Sequence record: SRR20825006_1576
Length of the DNA: 59,388 nucleotides
Strand: one strand, 5' to 3'
A program made the translations under genes and the position numbers. Positions 41,179 to 50,754 of the stretch are shown here, piece by piece; position 1 is the stretch's first letter, and each line of letters starts with the position of its first letter. The notes under the pieces are model-generated. The model worked only from the letters and a program-made list of their open reading frames with translations. It did not search any database and had not been told where the DNA came from.

Positions 41179-42540
41179 ATGGATGACTTGAAACCTGCCC
41201 TTCGGGGCGGACGTTTGACGCCTGACGACTACACAAGCAATTTTTCCGATCTCCACCCACCGCTTGGTCGTCATGAAGCTGCTGTCGAGGCCGATCGTTG
41301 CTACTTTTGCTACGACGCACCGTGCATGACGGCCTGTCCGACAGCGATCGATATTCCGCTCTTCATTCGTCAGATTTCGACAGACAACGCGCTTGGTGCA
41401 GCCCAAACAATTCTCGACCAGAATATTCTGGGCGGCATGTGCGCACGTGTCTGTCCCACCGAAACCTTGTGCGAGGAAGCCTGTGTCCGCAACACGGCAG
41501 AAGAAAAACCCGTCGAAATCGGCCTTCTCCAGCGTTATGCCACTGACAAGGCCATGGCAGATGGCAAACAGTTCTACACGCGTCTGAGGGAAACAGGAAA
41601 ACGCGTTGCTGTTGTTGGTGCCGGACCAGCGGGCCTTGCCTGCGCCCATCGCCTGGCGATGGCTGGTCACGATGCAATCATCTTTGAAGCGAGAAACAAG
41701 GCGGGCGGGCTGAACGAATACGGTCTTGCTGCCTACAAAACGACCGACGACTTTGCCCGGAAAGAAATCGATTATCTGATGGAAATCGGCGGCATCGAAA
41801 TCCGCTGCGGTCAGGCGCTTGGTCAGGATTTCACGCTGGAAGATCTGCGTCGGGAATATGATGCGGTGTTCATTGGCATCGGCCTTGGTGATGTGAACGC
41901 GCTTGGCATTCCCGGCGAAGATCTGGCGGGTTGCGAAAATGCTGTCGATTTCATCGGGGCGCTCCGTCAGGCCGATGACCTCGCCACCATCCCGGTTGGC
42001 TCAAACGTCGTTGTACTCGGCGGCGGCATGACCGCAATCGATGCAGCGGTCCAGTCAAAGCTGCTGGGTGCCGACGAGGTGACGCTGTGCTACCGCCGCG
42101 GGGCGGATGCCATGGGTGCCTCGAAATTCGAGCAGGAACTCGCAGCGTCGAAAGGCGTCTTCATTCGCCACTATCTGGCGCCAAAGGAGATACTCGGCGA
42201 AGAAGGCAAGGTCGCGGGCATTCTCTTCGAACACACCGAGCTGCGGGATGGCAAGCTGATCACCACGGGCGAAGCCGGTGTGATTGCCGCTGATCATATT
42301 CTAAAGGCGATTGGCCAGACGTTTGTGGAAGAGCATCTCAATGGTCTGAAACTGGAAAACGGCCGCATTGCCGTTGATGACGAAGGCCGCACCAGCCTGC
42401 CCGACGTATGGGCAGGCGGCGACTGCATCAAACGCGGCGAGGATTTGACCGTCACCTCGGTTGCGCAAGGGCGCGACGCGGCAATTGCCATCAACAGAAT
42501 GCTCGCCGGAGAAGAAGCCGGCGTAAGCGCTGTCGCCTGA
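41179..42540 (+). CDS. preT: Dihydropyrimidine dehydrogenase subunit (GltD-like FAD/Fe-S protein)
   Basis: CYFCYDAPCMTACP, CARVCP, GAGPAG and GGGMTAID; directly upstream of preA. Confidence 0.88.
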   Translation: MDDLKPALRGGRLTPDDYTSNFSDLHPPLGRHEAAVEADRCYFCYDAPCMTACPTAIDIPLFIRQISTDNALGAAQTILDQNILGGMCARVCPTETLCEEACVRNTAEEKPVEIGLLQRYATDKAMADGKQFYTRLRETGKRVAVVGAGPAGLACAHRLAMAGHDAIIFEARNKAGGLNEYGLAAYKTTDDFARKEIDYLMEIGGIEIRCGQALGQDFTLEDLRREYDAVFIGIGLGDVNALGIPGEDLAGCENAVDFIGALRQADDLATIPVGSNVVVLGGGMTAIDAAVQSKLLGADEVTLCYRRGADAMGASKFEQELAASKGVFIRHYLAPKEILGEEGKVAGILFEHTELRDGKLITTGEAGVIAADHILKAIGQTFVEEHLNGLKLENGRIAVDDEGRTSLPDVWAGGDCIKRGEDLTVTSVAQGRDAAIAINRMLAGEEAGVSAVA

Positions 42541-42561
42541 AAAACGGGTAGGAGAAAAACA

Positions 42562-43875
42562 ATGGCTGATCTTTCAAGTAATTTTGTCGGCATCAAATCG
42601 CCCAACCCGTTCTGGCTCGCCTCGGCTCCGCCCACGGACAAGGCCTACAATGTCGAGCGCGCCTTCCGCGAAGGCTGGGGCGGTGTCGTCTGGAAAACAC
42701 TCGGCGAAGAAGGCCCGCCGGTCGTAAACGTCAACGGGCCGCGCTATGGCGCGATCTGGGGGGCTGACCGCCGCCTACTCGGCCTGAACAATATCGAACT
42801 GATCACTGATCGCGATCTCTATACCAATCTACGTGAAATCAAGGAGGTCAAAAGTCGCTGGCCGGATCGCGCCATCGTCGTATCGATCATGGTACCGTGT
42901 GATGAGGAAAGCTGGAAAGCGATCCTGCCGCTGGTGGAAGAAACCGGTGCGGATGGCATTGAACTCAACTTCGGCTGTCCTCACGGCATGTCAGAGCGCG
43001 GCATGGGGGCGGCCGTTGGACAGGTGCCTGATTATATCGAGATGGTCGTGCGCTGGTGCAAGCAATACTCACGCATGCCGGTCATCACCAAGCTGACACC
43101 GAATATCACCGATATCCGTCAGGCCGCACGCGCAGCCAGGCGCGGTGGCACCGATGCGGTTTCACTCATCAACACGATCAACTCCATCGTTTCGGTTGAT
43201 CTTGATGCCATGGCGCCCTCACCCACGGTTGGCGGCAAGGGAACGCATGGCGGCTATTGCGGCCCCGCGGTAAAACCGATCGCCCTCCATATGGTAGCCG
43301 AAATCGCACGTGACGCCGAAACGTCCAATCTGCCGATTTCGGGGATCGGTGGAATAACCACCTGGCGAGATGCAGCTGAGTTCATGACACTCGGCGCGGG
43401 GAACGTTCAGGTTTGCACGGCGGCGATGACCTATGGCTTCAAGATCGTCAAGGAAATGACGTCCGGTCTTTCTGCCTGGATGGATGTGAAAGGCTATAGC
43501 TCGATTGACGAGATCACAGGTCGAGCGGTTCCAAATGTAACCGACTGGCAGTATCTGAACCTCAACCAGATATCCAAGGCGCGAATTGATCAGGACGCCT
43601 GCATTAAATGCGGGCGCTGCCACATCGCCTGCGAAGACACCTCGCACCAGGCGATCACCTCGATTGTTGATGGTGAAAGACGCTTCGAAGTGAAAGAGGA
43701 AGATTGTGTGGGCTGCAATCTCTGCGTCAACGTCTGTCCGGTGGAAAACTGTATCGACATGGTATCACTGACGCCCGGTGAGACAGACCAGCGCACAGGC
43801 AAGACGGTTTCGGCCGACTATGCCAATTGGACAACGCATCCCAATAATCCGATGGCAATAAAAGCCGCCGAGTAG
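42562..43875 (+). CDS. preA: Dihydropyrimidine dehydrogenase subunit PreA
   Basis: NPFWLASAPPT, ELNFGCPHG, KLTPN, and two C-terminal ferredoxin motifs (CIKCGRC, CVGCNLC). Confidence 0.95.
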   Translation: MADLSSNFVGIKSPNPFWLASAPPTDKAYNVERAFREGWGGVVWKTLGEEGPPVVNVNGPRYGAIWGADRRLLGLNNIELITDRDLYTNLREIKEVKSRWPDRAIVVSIMVPCDEESWKAILPLVEETGADGIELNFGCPHGMSERGMGAAVGQVPDYIEMVVRWCKQYSRMPVITKLTPNITDIRQAARAARRGGTDAVSLINTINSIVSVDLDAMAPSPTVGGKGTHGGYCGPAVKPIALHMVAEIARDAETSNLPISGIGGITTWRDAAEFMTLGAGNVQVCTAAMTYGFKIVKEMTSGLSAWMDVKGYSSIDEITGRAVPNVTDWQYLNLNQISKARIDQDACIKCGRCHIACEDTSHQAITSIVDGERRFEVKEEDCVGCNLCVNVCPVENCIDMVSLTPGETDQRTGKTVSADYANWTTHPNNPMAIKAAE

Positions 43876-43914
43876 CAGAATAACAGTCGGACCAAATTTA
43901 TCAGCATTGATCGA

Positions 43915-43945
43915 TCAAGCCGTGCATCAATGATGTGCGGCTTGA
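43915..43945 (+). terminator. Hairpin downstream of preA
   Basis: TCAAGCCGTGCATCA-A-TGATGTGCGGCTTGA; no clear U tract. Confidence 0.5.
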
Positions 43946-44248
43946 ACATTGAGGGGATACAGCAAGAGCAAGCGCCCACACTCCTTTAAAGGAGGGATAA
44001 AAACGACGCAACATGACAAGATCGCGATTATCTTTACCACCAAAATAACTTAAAATAGAGCCAAAAACTCAAAAAAAAGATTTTTTTAACAATAATAAAT
44101 AAATTTATATCATATTTTATTCAGTTAAAATTCATAAAGACTGCAAATACAAGCACATCTGAAAATCTATACATTTTTTATTGAATTCGGGATATTTTTC
44201 GATATGGATGAAAAATCTGTATTTTGAAAAATCCGAAAAAGGGGTGGG

Positions 44249-46945
44249 ATGGTAAGCCTGAAAAAAGAACGGCCCGACCATAACAAGCGGTACATCACAC
44301 TCGGTGACGTTCTTGCACTTTTGGTCACGGTCCTTGTTCTGGGCTCTGTCTATGCGGCAAATCATCAGGTTCGGACACACTATCTGGCAAATATGCGGCT
44401 GCAAACGGCAGAAAAACTCTCCTTGAAGGCGACGCGTCTGACAGGAGAAGTTTCGAGTCTTGTCAGCCTTGTTGAGGGCCTCGGCGCAGCCATTTCTACC
44501 GAGCCTGACCTCACACCCGAGAATTTCGACGCAAGGGCGGCCGCCCTTCTGAGAAATACGGAATCTGTCTCAAGTCTCGCACTTGCGCGCGACATGAAGA
44601 TCGAGAACGTCTATCCACATACGGAAAATCGTAGTGCTCTCGGCTTCGATTATCATGAACGCCCAAACCAGCTCAGCGTGATTCATAAGGCATTTGATTT
44701 TCGGGCGGCGATGGTCGATGGCCCTATCGATCTTGTTCAGGGGGGAACGGCTTTGCTGATCTTCGTTCCACTCTATGCCTCGGAAGCAGAAAATGCACCG
44801 GCATGGGGGATCTTGTCAGCAATCATCAGTCTTGACGACCTTTTCTTGAAAAGCCGCTGGCTTTCAGGAACGAGCGGCCTTGATATAGGGGTTGCAGTTA
44901 AAAACCCCGACGGCAGCCGAGGACAGCTTGTGTACGGCTCTCCGGACGCATTTGTTGACAGCCCTGTCAAGCAAACCATCGACTTTGCGGAAACAGAGTG
45001 GATTATCGCAGCCATTCCTGCAGAAGGATGGCATGAGCCGAAAGTACGTGTTCTGGAACGTCACGCCATTATCGATGGCGTCGGCTTGATCATTATTGCT
45101 GCCCTTTGGGGCGTTGTCATCCTGATGCGTGAACGCAGCAAAAATCTTGACCTGATCAGGGACCGCGAGCGCAAGTTGCAAAATCTCTCAGAGCGGATGC
45201 GACTGGCACTTGATGCATCCAAAATCGGGGTCTGGGAGTTCAATGTCCAGACAGGAGAGGCCGTCTGGGACGAGCGGATGCGCGCACTTTATGAGGTTCC
45301 CGAAGGGAAGGATTTTCCTGCCATTGAAGAATGGGCAAACCGCCTGCATCCCGACGATCGCCCCCGCGAGCTTGAAAACATCTCACGTTCGATTGCAGAC
45401 CGGAAAGACTTTCAGTCTACCTTCCGAATTGTGCGAAATGATGGTTCCATCCGTTATATTCGCGTACTCGGCAGCAGTTATTTCGACGCAAGCCAGAACC
45501 AGCTACTGATCGGTGTGAATGCTGATGTCACGGAGGATATGCGTCTGCAGGAAGAACTGCGGCACATCAATGTAAAGGCCAGGGAGCGCAATGAAGAACT
45601 GGAAGCTGCACACCGCAGGCTGAGATACACAGCACTTCACGACACGCTAACAGGCCTTCCAAATCGCAAATATCTCGAAGATTCTTTCGTCACCGGAGCA
45701 GAACAGACAGCACTTGAACCGCCGTATGCGGTGCTTCACATCGACCTTGATCGTTTTAAAGAGATCAACGACACTCTGGGCCATGCGGGCGGCGATGCAC
45801 TACTGCGTCATGTCGCCCGAATGCTGACCAGCCTGGCTCTTCCCGGGGAATTCATCGCCCGTGTCGGTGGCGATGAATTCCTGATTGTGACGCACTGGCA
45901 TAACAATGATGAAGAGATTATACAGCGAGCAAACGAAATCATTTCGATGCTGAGTAAATCATTTCGCTTTGGCGCGCACCAATCCCGTGTCTCCGCCAGT
46001 GTCGGTATTGCATGGTCTGTTGACCCGGCCGCAACGGCAATGCGAGATACACTCGTCAACGCCAGCATCGCAGTTTCAGAAGCGAAAAAAATGGGACGGG
46101 GCCGTTTTGTTCTGTTCAATGCGACGCTCAAAACGATAGCAGTCAACACCAAAAAGCTTGCCGACGAAATTCTGGCAGGACTCGAAAACAATGAGTTCTT
46201 CGCTTATTACCAGCCCCAGATCACTGCGCGCAGTCACCAGCTCGCAGGCGTCGAAGCTCTTGTGCGCTGGAACCACCCTGAGCGGGGCATGTTGTCCCCG
46301 GCGGCTTTCATCAGAACAGCAGAGGCAATAGGAGCCATTGCGCGCATTGATGCCGCCGTTTTGAGACACGCATCAAGCCAGCACCACATCTGGCGGGACA
46401 GCAACGTGATCGTGCCACGCGTTGCAGTCAACCTTTCGGCGCAGAGGCTTTCGGACGAAACGCTGATGAATGCGATCAAGGAACATGAGTTCGATCCCGG
46501 TGTACTGAGTTTCGAGTTCGTCGAATCTATCTCGTTTGACGAACCGGACACAGAGATTGAGAAAATCGCCAGCCGCATCCGGGCAATGGGGATTGATATT
46601 GAGATCGACGATTTCGGCACTGGCTATGCATCAATCATCAGTCTTCTGGCGCTTTCACCCAAACGTCTTAAAATCGACCGTCAACTCGTCCGGCCAGTCA
46701 CGACAGATATCCGTCAGCGTCGTCTGATTGCATCGATTGTGGAAATCGGCCGCTCTCTGGGTATCGAAATTATCGCCGAAGGCGTGGAAACCATCGAACA
46801 GGCTGAAATTCTGGAGAAACTGGGCTGCGATGTATTCCAGGGATATCTTTTTGCCAGACCGATGACCGGTGACCAGCTTGCGCAATTCGCAACGGAGAAA
46901 CCGTGGCTTGCACTCTTCAACGACACGCCAGATCAACCATCCTGA
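44249..46945 (+). CDS. Membrane-anchored CHASE-PAS-GGDEF-EAL c-di-GMP signalling protein
   Basis: TM, then a CHASE-like region (GPIDLVQGG) and a second TM; PAS (IGVWE, LHPDD); HDTLTGLPNR, DLDRFKEINDTLGH, VGGDEF; EALVRW, DDFGTGY, AEGVET and QGYLF. Confidence 0.92.
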   Translation: MVSLKKERPDHNKRYITLGDVLALLVTVLVLGSVYAANHQVRTHYLANMRLQTAEKLSLKATRLTGEVSSLVSLVEGLGAAISTEPDLTPENFDARAAALLRNTESVSSLALARDMKIENVYPHTENRSALGFDYHERPNQLSVIHKAFDFRAAMVDGPIDLVQGGTALLIFVPLYASEAENAPAWGILSAIISLDDLFLKSRWLSGTSGLDIGVAVKNPDGSRGQLVYGSPDAFVDSPVKQTIDFAETEWIIAAIPAEGWHEPKVRVLERHAIIDGVGLIIIAALWGVVILMRERSKNLDLIRDRERKLQNLSERMRLALDASKIGVWEFNVQTGEAVWDERMRALYEVPEGKDFPAIEEWANRLHPDDRPRELENISRSIADRKDFQSTFRIVRNDGSIRYIRVLGSSYFDASQNQLLIGVNADVTEDMRLQEELRHINVKARERNEELEAAHRRLRYTALHDTLTGLPNRKYLEDSFVTGAEQTALEPPYAVLHIDLDRFKEINDTLGHAGGDALLRHVARMLTSLALPGEFIARVGGDEFLIVTHWHNNDEEIIQRANEIISMLSKSFRFGAHQSRVSASVGIAWSVDPAATAMRDTLVNASIAVSEAKKMGRGRFVLFNATLKTIAVNTKKLADEILAGLENNEFFAYYQPQITARSHQLAGVEALVRWNHPERGMLSPAAFIRTAEAIGAIARIDAAVLRHASSQHHIWRDSNVIVPRVAVNLSAQRLSDETLMNAIKEHEFDPGVLSFEFVESISFDEPDTEIEKIASRIRAMGIDIEIDDFGTGYASIISLLALSPKRLKIDRQLVRPVTTDIRQRRLIASIVEIGRSLGIEIIAEGVETIEQAEILEKLGCDVFQGYLFARPMTGDQLAQFATEKPWLALFNDTPDQPS

Positions 46946-47224
46946 CGCACCGGAGACAGCTGGGCGCGATCAAATCCGTTATCCCGCTTCAACTTCGCTC
47001 TGTTCATTGCTAAGCTCATTCGTAAGTCAACGACTTCAAGTTATAAATCCATACCTGTTCTACCGTCTTGTAACTGAGGCAAGATTGTTTTTCGGCGGCG
47101 CGGTGGATTGGATCGGACGATGCCGTCTGCTGACGTCGTCTGGGCCCAAAACCACGATCGTCGGAGCGAACTCAACGTGAACCATCAGATGTATAAATTT
47201 GCCACCAACTGAAGAGGCGAAGAC

Positions 47225-48946
47225 ATGGCCGAAAGCATTGCACATTACATCGCTCGCCACCTCGGAGAAGCCGGGATCAAGCGAATTTGGGGCGTCACGG
47301 GCGACTCCCTCAACGGATTGAGCGATAGTATCGGGCGCTTAAAGACATTGGAGTGGATGGGCACACGCCATGAAGAAGCGGCCGCGTTTGCAGCTGGTGC
47401 AGAGGCTCATATGACCGGCGAACTGGCTGTTTGCGCAGGCTCCTGCGGCCCCGGCAATCTACATCTGATCAACGGCCTTTACGACTGCAATCGCAACCAC
47501 ACACCGGTTCTGGCAATTGCCGCCCATATTCCCTCCTCAGAAATCGGTTCCGGTTATTTTCAGGAAACCCATCCGCAGGAACTGTTTCGCGAATGCAGCG
47601 TCTATTGTGAACTGATCTCTACGCCGGACCAGATGCCCTATGTCCTGGAAGTCGCCATGCGCACGGCCATTGCGAAAAAGGGTGTAGCGGTGATCGTGCT
47701 TCCCGGTGATGTTGCTTTGAAAGACATGCCGGAAGGCACCGACATTCGCTGGAACACGCCAAAGCAACCCGCTTTGATGCCGCCGGAAAGTGAAATCGAT
47801 GCATTGGCGGAAATTCTGAACGCCAGCAGCAAGACCACGCTTTTGTGCGGTGCGGGATGTGCAAACGCCCGCGACGAAGTTCTGGCGCTGGCAGAAGCGC
47901 TTCAATCTCCGATTGTCCACGCACTGCGCGGCAAGGAATTTCTGGACTACGACAACAAGTTCGATGTCGGCATGACCGGCCTGATCGGCTTTTCGTCCGG
48001 CTATCATGCCATGGAAAATGCTGAAACGCTCCTGATTCTCGGTTCCGGGTTTCCTTACCGGGCGTTCTATCCCGACGACGCAAAAATCGCACAAATCGAT
48101 ATGCGCCCTGAAGCCCTCGGAGCACATACGCAGATTGATCTTGGCATACTCGGCGATGTGGAAACCACCGTAAAAGCTCTGTTGCCAAAACTTAAATCCG
48201 GGAAAGACAGCCGCTTCCTCAATGACTCGGTCAAGAGTTTTACCAAGGCGCGAGAAGGCCTCGACGCACTGGCCACAGACAAGAGCAAGACAGGACAGAT
48301 CCATCCGCAATATGTCGCCAGATTGTTAAGCGAAAAAGCCAGCGATGATGCCGTCTTCACCTGCGATGTCGGAACGCCGACAGTCTGGGCGGCGCGCTAT
48401 CTGAAAATGAATGGCAAACGCCGTCTGATCGGTTCATTCGCGCACGGTTCCATGGCCAATGCCCTGTCTCAGGCGATCGGCGTACAGGCGCTCGACAAGA
48501 ACCGTCAGGTGGTGGCCATGTGCGGTGATGGTGGCCTTTCGATGATGATGGGTGAAATCCTCTCCGTGACTCAGATGGACCTGCCGCTGAAGATCGTTGT
48601 TTTCCACAACCGATCGCTGGGCTTTGTCGCCATGGAAATGAAGGCGGGCGGCTATATCTCGGACTCGACCGATCTCAGCAGCCCCGATTTTGCCAAGATT
48701 GCAGAGGCTGCCGGGATGAAAGGTATCCATGTCGAAGATGCCAAGGCATTGCCGGGCGCTTTGGATGAGGCTTTTAAGACCCCCGGCCCCGTTCTCATAG
48801 ATGTCATGACCGCCAAGCAGGAACTGGTTATGCCGCCTCAGATAACCATGGAGCAGGCCAAGGGCTTCAGCCTTTATATGATGCGTGCGATTCTGAACGG
48901 TCGCGGCGATGAACTGTTGGAGCTGACACGCACCAATTTACGCTGA
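47225..48946 (+). CDS. poxB: Pyruvate dehydrogenase (quinone) / pyruvate oxidase
   Basis: [37 protein letters not shown] motif GDGG and a PoxB-type C-terminus. Confidence 0.93.
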   Translation: MAESIAHYIARHLGEAGIKRIWGVTGDSLNGLSDSIGRLKTLEWMGTRHEEAAAFAAGAEAHMTGELAVCAGSCGPGNLHLINGLYDCNRNHTPVLAIAAHIPSSEIGSGYFQETHPQELFRECSVYCELISTPDQMPYVLEVAMRTAIAKKGVAVIVLPGDVALKDMPEGTDIRWNTPKQPALMPPESEIDALAEILNASSKTTLLCGAGCANARDEVLALAEALQSPIVHALRGKEFLDYDNKFDVGMTGLIGFSSGYHAMENAETLLILGSGFPYRAFYPDDAKIAQIDMRPEALGAHTQIDLGILGDVETTVKALLPKLKSGKDSRFLNDSVKSFTKAREGLDALATDKSKTGQIHPQYVARLLSEKASDDAVFTCDVGTPTVWAARYLKMNGKRRLIGSFAHGSMANALSQAIGVQALDKNRQVVAMCGDGGLSMMMGEILSVTQMDLPLKIVVFHNRSLGFVAMEMKAGGYISDSTDLSSPDFAKIAEAAGMKGIHVEDAKALPGALDEAFKTPGPVLIDVMTAKQELVMPPQITMEQAKGFSLYMMRAILNGRGDELLELTRTNLR

Positions 48947-48971
48947 TTGCCTGGCATTCACACGATAAACA

Positions 48972-49004
48972 GAGCGGGCGCCTGCTTGAGAACAGCGCCC
49001 GTTC
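48972..49004. terminator. Hairpin between convergent poxB and the ThrE-family gene
   Basis: GAGCGGGCGC...GCGCCCGTTC stem. Confidence 0.55.
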
Positions 49005-49016
49005 ATGTTGTCACAA

Positions 49017-50342
49017 TCACACTTCCGGGAATTCCGGCCGCCGGAACAGTGAAGAAACGGCCGTCAGCCCGGCACCTATAGCCCCGACGGTGAAAATCAC
49101 TTGCAAACCAGCACTGGTGGTCGCAGCCAGCATTTGATCAGACTTATCAAGCGGCTGCACGGTGATTTCCAAAAGGCCGATAATCCAGTGTGCAGCGGCG
49201 CTGCCCGGGACCATGGGAATACAACCCGCCACCGCAATGGCATTTCCAACACGGCGAACCGGAAACGGCGTATTGTAGGAAAGCTCGACAGCCAGAGCGA
49301 CGGCCACAGCAGCGGCAAAGGACGCTGCCTCCAGTGGCCAGCCGTGCAACATACAAAAGGTTCGAACGGCAAGTGCCAAAGCACCGGCAAGAGCGGCCCA
49401 GCCGAGATTGCGATAGCCAAAGTTAAAAAGCACACCAAAACCAGCAGCAGCTACGGCCCCGAAAAAGGCATGGTGATAGATGTTGGGTACAGACTTCACC
49501 GCATCCTGAAGCCCGCCACCAAGAGCGATATGGGCTCCGCCGACACCGACCGTGATGAAGACAAGAATCATGGCAACAGTGACAAAACGGGCACTGCCAA
49601 GCGTTGGAAATCCTTCCATGATATCTGTTTGCGCATTCATGGACGGCACTCCAGGAACAAGCATCAGAACCGCAGCACTCATTGACGTATCAATCATGCT
49701 GCTGCCAACAGCCATCGCGCCGACTCCCGAAAGAATGGCGGCGGCGAACGCGACAAAAGCCGTCACCACGAAGGGATTGTAATGCAGTTCCAGCAGCCGC
49801 AGACGGATGTATTGCCCAGCCATACTGGCTATAAGCGTGGTCACAAAAGCCGGAGCATCGGCCCCCAGCAATCGCCCGAACGCCGCACAGGCAAGGCCTG
49901 CCGCAAAGACATTCAGCATACGATGGTGTTTCTTCGTGGCATGCTGTGCATCGGAAAGCTGAGCGCGAATGTCATCCAGCGACAGCAGGGCCTTGCCGGC
50001 CCTGGCGCAGATCTCCCGCACCTTGTGATTCACACGCATATTCACGCCATGATGCCCGACACCGGACATGTGAGTGCTTGTGACGACACCATCTCCCAAC
50101 GTCACAGATATCGATGCAAAACCGACCCTTATATCGACGGTTTTTGCGCCAAGCCCCTTTGCAACGCGCTCGATACCGTCGCGTACAACAGCCGATTTGG
50201 CACCGGTCTCCATCAATATGCGACCTGCATCAAGTGCGGTCAGGGCTTTCTTTTCCAGCGCTCTTTGCCGCGCAACAAGACGCTCGGCAAAGTGGTTTTC
50301 ATCATCCGGAATACCGGCCTGATCAGAGGTCAGCTCAGTCAA
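49017..50342 (-). CDS. ThrE-family threonine/serine/succinate exporter (YjjP+YjjB-like fusion)
   Basis: GRILMETGA, GVNM, MLVPGVP and IPMVPG, with about 10 TM segments. The start is uncertain; the frame is open to 50432. Confidence 0.85.
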   Translation of the reverse strand: MTELTSDQAGIPDDENHFAERLVARQRALEKKALTALDAGRILMETGAKSAVVRDGIERVAKGLGAKTVDIRVGFASISVTLGDGVVTSTHMSGVGHHGVNMRVNHKVREICARAGKALLSLDDIRAQLSDAQHATKKHHRMLNVFAAGLACAAFGRLLGADAPAFVTTLIASMAGQYIRLRLLELHYNPFVVTAFVAFAAAILSGVGAMAVGSSMIDTSMSAAVLMLVPGVPSMNAQTDIMEGFPTLGSARFVTVAMILVFITVGVGGAHIALGGGLQDAVKSVPNIYHHAFFGAVAAAGFGVLFNFGYRNLGWAALAGALALAVRTFCMLHGWPLEAASFAAAVAVALAVELSYNTPFPVRRVGNAIAVAGCIPMVPGSAAAHWIIGLLEITVQPLDKSDQMLAATTSAGLQVIFTVGAIGAGLTAVSSLFRRPEFPEV

Positions 50343-50604
50343 TGTTGTTATCTCGCTTTGGAAAACACGCACGGCACGTAAACGGGTGCAGACACCCATA
50401 TTGAACGATAGTCTTATCATCTGCCATGGCAATGCGCGAAATCAACCGCTTCCTCTTCTCGTCGGCACCACCAGGGCAGCGACATAGCACCGCAATTACT
50501 CCGTCATCTTCAAAATCGTACGTTCGGATGCAGTATCTTCAGGGGCCGCAAAAGCGGACTCTTGGTTGCAGGAACAACAAGAACAAACCAATAAAAAGCA
50601 ATAA

Positions 50605-50622
50605 ATGACAGTTTTATGACAG
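50605..50622 (-). promoter_or_regulatory. Pho box (PhoB binding site)
   Basis: The minus strand reads CTGTCATAAAACTGTCAT, a perfect consensus, 132 bp upstream of pstS. Confidence 0.85.
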
Positions 50623-50754
50623 TAATTTAAAAATTTTGTAAAATAAAAAGACATAAAACCCAGAAATATGAATTTTTTACAACAGCGCTATTCTTGTAAC
50701 ACTTTCGTTGTTATACGAAATTCGTTTTCAACCAAACCTCAAAAGGGCTATCTG

